Part shown: one piece after another, positions 12,283-23,924 of the stretch
Numbering within the stretch: position 1 is the stretch's first letter
Layout of the letters: each line of letters starts with the position of its first letter
Notes under the pieces: model-generated
What the model was told of the DNA's origin: nothing
The model's database searches: none
Seen by the model: only the letters and a program-made list of their open reading frames with translations
Position numbers and translations under genes: made by a program
DNA from: Marsupella aquatica
Lineage: Eukaryota; Plantae; Marchantiophyta
NCBI GenBank assembly: GCA_973895155.1
Contig: OZ316896.1
Location: forward strand, 2,852,001 to 2,916,000
Length of the DNA stretch: 64,000 nt
Direction: 5' to 3'

Positions 12283-13408
12283 GGAGACGACGAGGAGTGC
12301 ATGACGATGAAGTGTGAGACTCTCAGTAACGCTGCCGGGTGTTAAGATACTGATCGATCCAAGCTCGGGCTAAACCAGCACTGTAGATACATGCGTAGTA
12401 GTGTAGGACAGAATGTCGATGAGGAACCAGATGTACTGCTGACATGAACCCCTTGAACCAATGTTCAATTGGCCTTCAGGACGGCCTTCAGGGACTTCAA
12501 TGTTGCGGATTTTCTTGTTTTCTTGTTTTCTTGTTTTCCTGGTTTGTGAGGTGTAGTTGTCTCTGTCATTTTGATAAACTTGGTTGTAGAAGTACATGAT
12601 TAGGTAGGGCATGCCTGCAGTTTTGCTTGCACCAATGAAGCGAAAGGTTTTTGTAAATTGAACCAGACATAATCATATTACAGAAGACTTCAGTGTCTTG
12701 CTGAGGGCTCTGTTGCACGTCCATTGTGCATGATGTGTGACTTTCAGATTGTGCGGTTTTAATGTCGAAGGCGTTAACATTAGTCTTTAACATGGAGAAG
12801 AAAGATTTGGTCGGGCCGGGAATTGTATCGTTCCAGGTCCGCTCTTGGAACTCTTCTGTAATATGATTATGAAGGTCTCGTTCTGATATTTGAACCTGAA
12901 ACTGAGCTTGTGGATGCAATCGTTGTCGGTGCAGTCCTCGGCGTCGTTTTGGATTGATAGATATGTCCTTGAGCTGTAAACATATCATCGTGACCGATAC
13001 ACACCAAGAAAGATGTACATCATATCCGGACCGATATAGAAGCAATTAAGCCAGAGGCGTGGCAGAATTGAGAATTAGAGATGCGATCCTTTTCACAAGT
13101 TGGCAGTTTTACGATTCTGCGGTACGTAGAGTAGAGCTGTTACTGATTTTAGTACTCTATGTGCTTCAAGTCTAGCAGTCCTCAGCACAGCTGGGGATAT
13201 ATCATCACATGACAGCACGGAACAGAACCGTGGAGGCGAAAAGCAATTCAGTGGAACAGACTACAGAAATGTAGAGAGCGGGAATTGCCATTCGAGGTGA
13301 TAAAATTGAATAGAAATTGGAATGTCATCCTATCTACAGGGAATTGGGGCAATGTTCCCTCATCGCTTTGCAAAATTGACTCGCTATTTCTTTGGCTTGT
13401 TTATTTTT

Positions 13409-14255
13409 GTTTGCCTCGAAAAAATCAAATTAATTCCATTCAAATGGCTAGCATACAAAACAGGGGGGCCCAAAAGAGGGTCCACCCCAAAGGACCAAAG
13501 GTCCAAGAGCTAACAACCGAGGAGGCCAGCACCAGGACAGAAGCTGTGCCTCGGGAGGAGGCAACTAAACAAGACATTTAGAGATTACAGTCGGAACAGC
13601 TAACTCTTAAAGACTGGCCAGTGATCAGGTTCTGGTGGGGTTCTTTCCAGTGGGTCCGCTTAAAGACTGGCCAGTGATCAGGTTCCGGTGGGGTTCTTTC
13701 CAGTGGGTCCGTGAGAGAGGGATGACTCAATCTGTGAGAGAGGGATGACTCAATCCGTGAGAGAGGGATGACTCAATCAGTTTGCAGTGCAGCTTCGGAG
13801 CCTGACAAGGGGAGGGGATGTCACGGTGGATGTGGAGGGACCGGTGGGATCTGAAGGATATTCTCATGAATAATCCAAAGACCATTCCAGGTGCCATAGT
13901 GCATGGTCATCTCATGATGTGCTTCCCTGAATGTGATTCTACCAGATTGTATCTTGACTTTCTGCCTGTTCCAGTCCCGCCGTATATACACTCCCAGTTG
14001 ATGCCATGATTTCCGAACTACTCCTTGCGGATTTGGCTGGGTGTGATCCATGAAGTGTGCACATAGATCTTTCCATAAGCACCAACAGATGATAGCCCTC
14101 AATATGTGCCAAAGTCTCCCAGGGATATGCTTGCTTAAGTCCATGGAAGGATAGAAAATTTGGCATGGAGCTCTTCATTTTGACCTCAACCCAGAATCTA
14201 AAGCCTGATTAGACTCTATTCGGTAAATAGAACAGAGTCTCTTGCCTGGAGCTGT
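13409..14255 (-). mobile_element. LINE 3' fragment (post-RT region plus 3' UTR), decayed, with internal tandem duplications
   Basis: LWHILRAIICWCLWKDLCAHF resembles the LINE WxLWKxRN motif; tail homologous to the 9413 and 27414 copies; 51-bp x2 and ~22-bp x3 duplications at 13607-13778. Confidence 0.75.
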
Positions 14256-14384
14256 CCACAAACCTTTTCAGACATTTTGAAAAGACTCGCAAGTTCTAAA
14301 AACCAAATGGCTTTGGTCAGTTGGCCGGAGGATGAGCCTAGAAACAAACCTTTTCAGATATTTTGAAAAGACTTGCACATTCTA

Positions 14385-14897
14385 AAAACCAAATGGCTTT
14401 GGTCAGTTGGCCAGAGTATGAGCCTAGAAGCTAGAGGTCCCAGGTTCAATCCTCCTTCCACATGCAAGGGGTGTGGAGGGTATGTGTGGGTGCATGGGGT
14501 GTAATGGTGGGAGTATGGGTGTGGAGGGTATGTGTGTGTGGGTGGTGGGGTGTAATGGTAGGAGTATGGGTGTGGAGGGTATGTGCGTGTGGGCTCGGGT
14601 GTAATGGTGGGAGTATTGATTATGTCCTTAGCCCTTCAATCCTCCCTCCACACACAAGGGGTGTGGAAGGTATATGTGTGTGTGGGTGGGATGTAGTGGT
14701 GGGAGTATTGATTATCTCCTTAGCCCCTGGTTGGCCGCTTTGGAGTTTTGGTTTAATCCTCTCCCTCCTGGTCTGGGTCCTTGTTGGATCCTTCGGTATC
14801 GTCCCCTTGTGGCTGCCCTACATAGAACTACATGCTCCAAAGCAGGACGTCTATCCTCTGTTGGATGGGCCTGCTTTTGGTTTCAAGGCAAAAAAAA
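14385..14897 (+). mobile_element. tRNA-derived SINE with a LINE-like 3' tail
   Basis: Box A-like tggtcagttgg (14400-14410), box B ggttcaatcc (14443-14452) inside the T-arm aggttcaatcct; GT-rich body; ends gtttcaaggcaaaaaaaa; flanked by imperfect direct repeat aaaagacttgcacattcta (14366-14384) / aaaggactcgcactttcta (14895-14913). Confidence 0.75.
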
Positions 14898-14968
14898 GGA
14901 CTCGCACTTTCTATGGTTCTGGTTGGTTCTTGCCTCAACAAAGAAAAATGAACCTCAATGGTTGGTTC

Positions 14969-15280
14969 TGTTGAATATCTGGTCGACCAGACTTTGCGCC
15001 ATTCCCTGTGGCAACTTGATCTTAGCTGTATGTTATCGTGTGGCGATTACATTAGCTGTACATTATCATGATCCTGCTTATCCTTGGGAATCCCGTATAT
15101 ATCGGCATGGGTCCCTTGTTCTTTGTCTTGTAGCTTCTAGTGTCATTTCTGCTTATCAATAGGATTAGCCCTGTGTGGCTCTTGGGCGGCTCACCCTCCC
15201 TTCCCCTCTAGTATTTATCCAGGGGCTTACGGGTGTTTTGTATTAAGTTTTTTCTCTAAATCTCATCATGGTATTAGAGC
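14969..15280 (+). mobile_element. Ty1/Copia 5' LTR (14969-15268, TG...CA) plus tRNA-iMet primer-binding site
   Basis: Begins tgttgaatat, ends tctcatca, immediately followed by tggtattagagc (one mismatch to the canonical PBS TGGTATCAGAGC), then gag. Confidence 0.8.
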
Positions 15281-15413
15281 TCCAGATATGGTCCTAGAGA
15301 GTTAGAGGAGAAGTTCGCTTAGAAGCGAAGTCTCTAAGCGTCTAGCTAGTTAAAGAGTCTGTATGCCGTTATATCAGCCAGAAGCTCTTTCTCAGTAGCT
15401 GGAGTAAATAGCG

Positions 15414-16409
15414 ATGGAGTTAGCCCGCTTGTTCAATGACAATGCTAAGCTCGAAGGGTACAAGAATTACATTAGCTGGAGTGCCCGTGTGCAGACTTTA
15501 CTAGAACGTGATGAAGTCTGGGATGAGCTCAACTTTGGAGGAGAAGATCCCAATGCTACTAACTTGATCCCTCCTGCAGGTGACGTTGAGGATGACGATG
15601 CTGATCAAGAAGGCGGCAAAGTTCCCCAGGTCCAGCAACCTCAACGAACCCCTCAGCAGATCCACCAAATCAAGGTAAAGGCAAATTAAGTCAATCTTGA
15701 TGGTGACTGTGCAGGACCAGTTCCTGCCCACAATTCTGACCTACTCGAATGATCTAGTTGGATGGAATCATCTCAAACAATGGTTTGGAGGCGATCTGAT
15801 CCAACGAAGGCTGCTAATCAAAAACAAGTTGCAGTCTGTCCGTATGCTTGAAGACACACTATCAAAAATTACTTAAAAGAGATTGAGGACCTCACCAATC
15901 AACTTTCTATCATGAATGCACCTGTTGATAAGACCAGGCTGATGCATGTTGTACTTCATGGACTTCCAAAGAGTTGGGGTCCCTTTATTTCTGTGTTTGG
16001 TTCTGATCTTTCCAGGCATCCTCAACCCACTGGATACCTGGTGGAAAGACTCCAGGCTGAAGAATACTGGCGACGTGGGTCTCAGGATGATACCCAGGAG
16101 CAAGCCTTGGTCATGACTCGCTTCCGTAATCCTTCATATGGAAGGGGTCGTGGCTTTTGTGCTCATAACCAGTGCCCACATTTTGACAACCAGACTGACC
16201 AAAGAGCTGATCGTGGCAGGGGCCGGGTCGGAGCATGCAACTACTGCAACAAGCCAGGCCATTGGGAAGTGGACTGTGACCTGAAGAAAGTGGACGATCA
16301 GATTGCTCAGCTCCAGCTCCGTGCATCTGGCCCATGTCATTTCAAACCACAGGCCCACCTCACCGAGACAGCTGTCGTCAATATTCATGAGCATGTAGAT
16401 TTTAGGTAA
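15414..16409 (+). pseudogene. Copia gag, disrupted; pol not seen
   Basis: KLEGYKNYISWSARVQTLL (copia gag N-terminus), VVLHGLPKSWGPFI (UBN2-type), zinc knuckle CNYCNKPGHWEVDC; stop at 15689 and frameshift; no protease/integrase/RT motifs recognised downstream. Confidence 0.85.
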
Positions 16410-16759
16410 AAGATTATGGAGATGAAGTTTGCTTCCGGGTAAAAGATTACAGAGATTATGAGACTAGTCGGGTTATGAGCCTATGGCCAAAAAGTGAGTA
16501 AAACTTGACCGGCAGCACCTGGGAAGCCTTTTTGAGCTGTGTTGGAGTACGGTTCAGGCTGCCCAGATCTCCATTATAATACATAATTACTGGAAAGGTT
16601 ACTTCCGAGTAAAAGTTGGGACTAACAGGTACCTTAAAAAATGGTTACACACCGGTCTATCAGTCATTTAACCCACCAAAGATAGTGTAGGGGGAATTCC
16701 TCTATGACTCCCAATAACTGGTAAAGCCCAGTGGAACAAATGGTGCTAGAATAATTTGC

Positions 16760-17280
16760 TTGGAGACATGTCAGGGACCCATGCACTCCACCTAAAAGTT
16801 GCATAATTCTTTGGCTAGGGCACTTCTTGCTCTAACAAGAGAAAATCTGATGAGGGGCATGTGGATCCACTTCTAATGTAAAAGACTCAAAATAGGAATG
16901 AACAAAGGAGCCAGATTAAAAGACCTGAAATTAGGAAAAAAATGTGCTCCATGTAAGCAAAATTTGGGCATCACTCCATTCAATGCAGGATCTGGAATGG
17001 TTTGAAAGGAAACTACCTCCAATGTCTTGTAAAGTACACAACTACAGTAGCTCCCCAATGGATGGCCCTATCACATCTTGACAACCTGGAAAAAAGTTGA
17101 AAGTGCCCTCAATTTCTTGTAAAGCCACCCTGAGGAATGAAGATCGATGTACAAATTGCTTTGAGGTGGAGGGCATGGCGGGCAGTGTTTTTGGCTGATC
17201 AACCGATGACAAAAAAAACATGTTTCCACTGAACAGCCAGTCTTTTTTTTTTCCATCCAGATGACATTTACACAAGGAAG
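16760..17280 (-). mobile_element. Decayed LINE ORF2 fragment
   Basis: Frameshifted IHWG...CTLQDIGG resembles LINE IHWVAW..C.PK..GG; shares ggtggctttacaagaa with a plus-strand fragment at 9005-9130 (YAMASCVL). Confidence 0.45.
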
Positions 17281-18065
17281 GTGAGTATGGGCAAGATTAG
17301 AGCTGACACTTAGTAAACAGAAAGTAGGTATCTAAGGGCAGGATTGGATATTATAGTGTTTGATAAAGGAAAACATATCTTTCGGCCAAGCTGGCACTTA
17401 GTAAACACAAGACAGGTGAATATGGGAAGGATTGGACATTATTATGTTTGATAAAGGAAAACAGGGGTACAAGTACAGAGGTCAAGAGGGAGGGCATCCA
17501 AAGCTGGTGCCAAAACAAAGGCAAAAGAGGGTACAACCTGGTACTACCATAGAGGCCAACACGGAGCACAGCGACCAAACATACCAAGAAACTTGGTATA
17601 ATTGAGGAGAGAAAAAACGTAAGTGGCTAAGAACATCTGCGCGTGGAGACCCGAGACCATTTTGAAGCGGGGCAGAATCAGGAAGTTCGTACTTTTGTTA
17701 GGGGGAAATATGGTCCATGGACAGTATGCCAATGTATCATGCCAATTTGTGGGTTTCCCTTTTGGAAAAACAGAAATATGAAATAAAGGTAGGGGGCTTT
17801 CGTGACAGTAGTACATCGTACATGCTGCCTTTGATATTTTCCGCTTGGGCCACAGTTAGTTGGACGTGGCTTTTTAGAGGTTTACTCTCAGCATCCTGGT
17901 GCGCTGCACTTCCATTACCTTTGTTCCTCATAGTCCACCTTCTATAAATAAATTACTGTAGGTCCTTCTACTGGGGATTGTCAGTTTTGTTCTTTTCTCT
18001 GCAAAAGGTCCTTCTACTGGGGATTGTCAGTTTTGTTCTTCTATCTGCAAACAGTCAGACGCTAA

Positions 18066-18408
18066 GGGCTAGGTTCCATGGGGCTGGGAGTAAGGAGTAC
18101 GAAAGTTATCAGAATTTTTCCAGGAACTGAGAGGTATACAAATACTGTATCAAAGAGTATGATTTTCCCTCACACTCCCTCTTAAACTTGCCCCTGTATA
18201 AGAACAATACATGGCATTCTCATTGGCTCCTGGGTCCAAATTCATATATTTAAAATACTATATACACCTTGGCATACAGTGTATTTCGGCCCTAGGGGAT
18301 GTCAGAGGGAGTGACTTGTATACACCTTGACATACAGTGTATTTAGGCCCTAGGGGATGTCAGAGGGAGTGACCGTACTCCCTACCCCTGGCCCATTGGA
18401 CCTGGCCC
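18066..18408. mobile_element. Tourist-like (PIF/Harbinger) MITE, 343 bp
   Basis: Imperfect ~35-bp TIRs gggctaggttccatggggctgggagtaaggagtacg / cgtactccctacccctggcccattggacctggccc; TAA on both sides (18063-18065, 18409-18411); internal 58-bp-period duplication. Confidence 0.8.
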
Positions 18409-19010
18409 TAAGTCCACTACCTGGAGTCCATTAAACTCATGGTTTCCACTTCCGTACTTTAGTTTGGGAGAGGACTTAATGTTTTAGAGTGGCAGTTTCC
18501 TCTTTCTGCAAAGGTTGTAAAGGGTAGATATGTAAGACCTGTCTGAACTACCATCCCTCTAAACCATGCTCTCACTTGGACTATAGCATGTCCGTAACCA
18601 TATCTCGAGGGTGATTTCTGGTGGGCTTGGACTTGAGCATGTCCGTAACCATATCTCGAGGGTGATTTCTGGTGGGCTTGGGCCGCAGTGAGGTGCCCAG
18701 TGTAGGGCAGGTTGTTTACCACCACCAACAGAAGACGATAGAAAACACGCAGTACATCAGACCAGTTGGAAAATAAGCGTATTCCTGTTCGATACCAGAC
18801 ACCATCTTGTCGGAATTTCATGCCAGATCCTGGGTATCCAACCCAAAGGATGGACATAAAGTATATAGCAATTACGAATGGAAGGTCAGATGACCAGTAC
18901 TTCATTCATTATAAGCTTTTCGCTAATACAGCCCTTGAAAGGAAATACCTCATCTTCTGCAACTTACTCTTCCGGATGGGTAGCCTACAAAATTCCTACA
19001 AACGTGCTTA

Positions 19011-22000
19011 TCATCTCGTTGAGACAATATCGTCTATTTTTAAAATCATCCGCACACACTCTGTGGCCAAAGAAATGGCACTGGTGCTGACAAGCAATGG
19101 CTGGACGACATTCTCCTCCAAAATATTTGTGATTTGCCCTTTCCTGATGTTGATACCGGTGTTCACCTGCGCAAAGACCCAACAGTCAGAGCCAAAAACA
19201 CAAAAACGATCACAAGATGCACAACGGACATCGCCATTAGGCTAAGGTGGTCATTGTTTACAGTGACAGTACACATGACGTGGTCAATCTTTTTAAATGT
19301 CACAAGTTCTTCTCATCGGAATCTGCGACGTTCGCTTAAAGACCATACCGGGATCCGAAAATAGATGCTCACCTCCCCATTTGCATGGCGATTACGAAGC
19401 TCTGTCACAATTGAAATTGGATTGAGCCCGGCGTTTTCAGCTAACGTATACGGGATAACCTGTCACCCGTGCACAACATTGAATTAGCCACTGTTTCAAA
19501 TGCATGATGTTTTCCGCAACAATATTCTGAGACACAACTGGGACAGTACCTCCAGTGCATCTGCAAAGGCACGAACACAGTAACTTTCCATCCCTTGCAA
19601 TGACTTCGCCCAAGCACCAAGTTGTCGAGAAACTTCTATCTCAGGTGCACCTCCTCCTGAGACATTAGCAAAATCAAGGACTCAGCCGGTCAGTATGGGC
19701 AAGCAACTATATGCAGTCGTTGCATTCATCTTGTGTTATCTGAGCAGATTTAAAGAAACTTTTCGGTAGTATACTTTCAATTCAGTAGATAGTTGACTCA
19801 AAATACAACTGTTACCAAGCGTTAAACTAAATTGCACCTGCAATTAGAAACCGTTGGATCACTAGACATCTCACGACACACAGCGCATCATGCAAGCTGC
19901 GCTCCGCTTCATCCAAAACCTGCATTTCAAAACGAGTAGATAGTGTCAATCTCTAAAACCTCTTCTTCGCCAATCCTCCTCCATAGCGCTAGCCTGGAGT
20001 AAGCAGCCTTTTTATCAAACCACCCCGTGTCCTCGAAAGTAGAGCCAATGTTCCAGGATAAAACGTGAAAGAACAACTTGGTCGGACAAATGCTTCTTCA
20101 GATCGAAAACCGAGCAGAGATGGCTCTGGAATGACATTGATAGAAAGCTCGCTGCAAACTTCAGCCTCATTGAAACAAACACTGGAGTGAGGAAGCTGAC
20201 TACTGAAATCTACAGCCAGAAAAAAGAAAGTAGAGACGCACCAGTGCATTTGAGCCTCTGACCAAGAGAGTCGTAGTAGGTCCCATGTTCTTAATCCCAG
20301 TCACTTTAACAATCTGAAGGATGAAAAAGGCGAAATGAGAAGCTTAAACAAACACGTAGAAAGGAGTTGTTTATCCAGCTTCCAATCGCAGGGTCGTTCA
20401 TCTCTCTCAGCATCTTGACTGCAAATACTAGCGATGTCCATCACTGAAAGCACTATACTAACATCACGGGCATGGATTATCACAAATTTCGTTCTCACGA
20501 AAGAGTATTTACTGTCAAGGGATGATTCGAACTAAGTGGCTTTAAATGACACTTACACTTCCACTGCCCACGCGCACTTCCTCGACTAAGTCGGCATAGC
20601 CGAGTTTCTCCACCCGAAAATGTTCAATGTTTGCTATTGGTAAGCAATTCAAAGTTTTGCTGATGAATTCAATTTCGTCACGCTCCACATCCTTCACAAC
20701 CAATATTTTCGCTTTTGCTAGATAATGCAGCGAAAGATCTGTCACTGCATCTCTTAGGATGCTCTTTTGGACCAATAGAACGTTGCAGCCTGTAGCCCTG
20801 ATCTTCTTGATCATCCCCAATATGTAGTTTCTTTCTTCTTTCAAAATACGATCCATCTGCAAAGACATTAAGTAATATCAATACCCCCAAAGGATACTGA
20901 CAAGGAAATATGAACCAGTACAGTTCTACTGTCACCCAGAGAATTGAAGTAAAAAATACCTGGGTATAATCTGATACAACAACATTTTGTTCAATGTCAG
21001 TCTTGGGAGGTGATATTTGAAACTGGATGAGCCCAATCTTTGCCCCTTCTATGCGGGTTGGCCCCCCAGCTGTGTGGCTTGCCTTATGATCAAAGACCAA
21101 CCCCTTGATCATCTCTGTATCGTCCACCTGTCATCACATTAGATCAACAAGCCATCACATTCATATCCTGCAAACCCAGGATAGCTGTTTTGTCCACACA
21201 TGCTCGCAATAATTCACAGCCCCTACTAGTCTCTACGAACCTCGAGGGGTTCATCCATGACTGAAAGACAAGCCAAGATATTTGTGGGCAATGCTACTAC
21301 AGAGCTCGTGGTCAGGGGTTTCTACTTGAAGTAGTCAACGCTGAACGTATGGAGCGTTTAAGCCATCATCTGCCACTTACTGTGCCTCCAAGCTTCTTCA
21401 AGACCTTGATATCACGCAGGTCAATATTGTTTGGCCTTGCAGGATCAATTACAGTTGTTACAGCATCCACGGCAAGCGGAGCTAGCAGAGACGCATATTG
21501 GCTCACCACCTTGGCAACGAGCAAAACAGGTGTCAGAACTCCGTCACAGGATTAAGCGATAATTTCCTAGATCCATTGCATAGTGAGTTCCTGGTAGGTT
21601 CACAACAGCTTCACAACAGCCTCGTAAAGAGGTCACCACATTCAAGTTACTATGACTTAGGGCTAAATAATTACAACAAAGAGCAAGCCAGAACACCCTA
21701 CAGACTTTCAGCAAGTATAGCATATCGACTACAACTGAAAACTTCGCGGATATGATGATGACCAGGCAGAAAACACCCACCTTGCTATTCAAGGATGTGC
21801 TGGCACTCTTTATGAGAGACTCACGGTCAGATAGCTCCACCGGAACAGCCATAGCGGTGAGAACCTGTCCATAGGAAATACAGAATGTCATGTCAGAATA
21901 GAGTGGAATCAACATTCCATATTAAGCTCGGAAGCACCGCCACTAGAGATAAGGTCAATGATAAAGCAATGCTCTCCAGGGTAGAAAATGACCTCTACGG

Positions 22001-23582
22001 CCTTTTCCGATGCTTTGTGAAGAGCCTCCGAGATTACTGTTGGATGTACTCCCTTCGCCAGAAGCGACTGGCACTGCTTCAGAAGGGCCCCCGCAATGAC
22101 CACGACTGCCAACAGAAATCCACGGCAAGATTCAACTCACGACAATCATCAACAGCTGGAGAAAGAGAATGGTTCTCGTCCTCTCCTGAGTTTCAAAGAC
22201 GCGATCCTACTCAGTATATTGATCAAAGCGGATTTGGATGACAAGACCAACGATAGCATTTACAGTTACTGTTGTCTTGGGAAATTAGAGCACAGATCCT
22301 GCAAACCTTAGTGCATACCTAGATGAGATCAATTTAGATTTGATTGTTGGCGATACAAGCCTGTGCTGACCATGCGTTCAATGATCTCATAAGAAGAAAT
22401 ATCCCAAAGTAGATATACAGGACTAACTACAACTCGGAGGGAAACACCCAAGCTGGGTATCCATTAAGGGTTACTTCAATCGATAAAATTGCTGGCTCTA
22501 AACCTGCTTTCAGAATTTTTCTCGGGCGCGATTTCCAAGCAGGGACTGCGCACCTCAGAGCATGATGATAGGTAGTTGACTGGCTTGAAGGCTTGCACCT
22601 CCTTGGGCGCCTCCGAACTCGAGGAACAGGAGGCCAAGAGAGGGCAGAGAACGGGAAGTTATCCCACTCGGATTTCAACGATCAACGGCAGAGGAAAGGA
22701 TTGTGCAACCGTTAGCCTTCGGTTCTTGACGATACTGGAACGTGCCTAGATTTAATAGGATTGCAGCAAAGCACTCGACTCCACCTCCACTCTACTCATA
22801 GCAAAACTTTGATAGATTTCTTTCCTTGCGGTTGAATGTGGAACGGAATGTTAACCTAATTACAGATAGAACCGTCCAAGTTGGGCACCCGTACTCCAGA
22901 TCTTCGACCGAAAACCCTAAACAACTCACATATCTCAATGGATCATTTCCGCAAAGCCTATGCAACTACGCGAGAATTCCCACGGGAACATCCCTTACTC
23001 ACCTGTTGTAGTACCGTCTCCTGCAACAATATCTTGCGATTTGGAAAGCTCCACCAGCATTTTAGCAGCAGGTTGCAAAACCTCCATCTGTAATGCAATG
23101 TACCAACGTGAGATGTAATCTCAAAGAGCTATCGAATCGTAAGAGCTCGTAGATCTCAGAGCTACAAAGCTCGTACCAAGCAAATCCCAAAGAGAAGACT
23201 AAAAATGCAAACTCAAAGCTCATTGCAGCAAACGTACGATGACTAAGCAGGAAGGAGCTTCCGAGATAACCGATGATCGGAGAAAAAACTAACAAAATGC
23301 CAGAGACAGGATAATTGCGCGAGATGATGAGGAAAATCAAGAACCACGGGAGGAGAACGGAATTCCAACCTTGTTTAGAATGGTGGCACCATCATTGGTG
23401 ATGATGACATCGCCGTTAGCTGAGGAGAGCATTTTGTCCATACCCCTGGGACCCAAGCTAGTCCTCACGGCATCGGCAACAGCTTTGGCCGCCGCAATGT
23501 TGGCCATTCTAATGTCATCCTTGCGCTTGTTGTCCACGTACTTCTCGGTCTTGCCCCCGCCTTCTCCTTGAACCCCTGGCAT
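19011..23582 (-). CDS. CCT4: T-complex protein 1 subunit delta (CCT4), 12 exons, 531 aa
   Basis: Exons 23582-23370, 23087-23003, 22105-21993, 21864-21781, 21509-21381, 21127-20960, 20856-20557, 20313-20242, 19919-19838, 19656-19550, 19459-19373, 19166-19011; all GT-AG, total 1596 nt in frame; motifs [45 protein letters not shown]. Confidence 0.97.
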
Positions 23583-23924
23583 CTTTCCTCTCTCCTACTT
23601 TCAACCTCCCCAAACTAAAACCCTTCGCTGTTGTAAATCGACTACTCCAAAATCTCGATCGAAAACTTTCCTGTCTCTCTTCTCTCCTTCTTTCAATCCC
23701 GCAGACTAAACCCTTCCTGTTCAATTCTCAACGCCGAACTTAATGTAGCGGCCCTTCCGAGATGGCGAGGACTCCAACTTCCGATGCCTGGATCGAATTC
23801 TCTCTCTCTCTCTCTCTCTGGGTTTCGTCGAAGGAAAGTGTGAAACGCACTAGTACTGTGCGACGATAGCAAGTTCTGGAGAGCGGCGGGAAATTAATGA
23901 AGCGAACTTCCTCTCGAGTGGAGA

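Noticed and set aside
14394-14460. Functional tRNA gene
   Set aside because: No convincing acceptor stem or canonical anticodon arm; it continues into a body, A-tail and TSD as expected of a SINE
14462-15162. 170-aa and 162-aa hydrophobic ORFs
   Set aside because: They translate the GT-rich SINE body and the LTR
20400-20480. Intronic box C/D snoRNA in CCT4 intron 7
   Set aside because: Only non-canonical C boxes (GTGATGT/GTGATGG) and no terminal stem or recognisable guide
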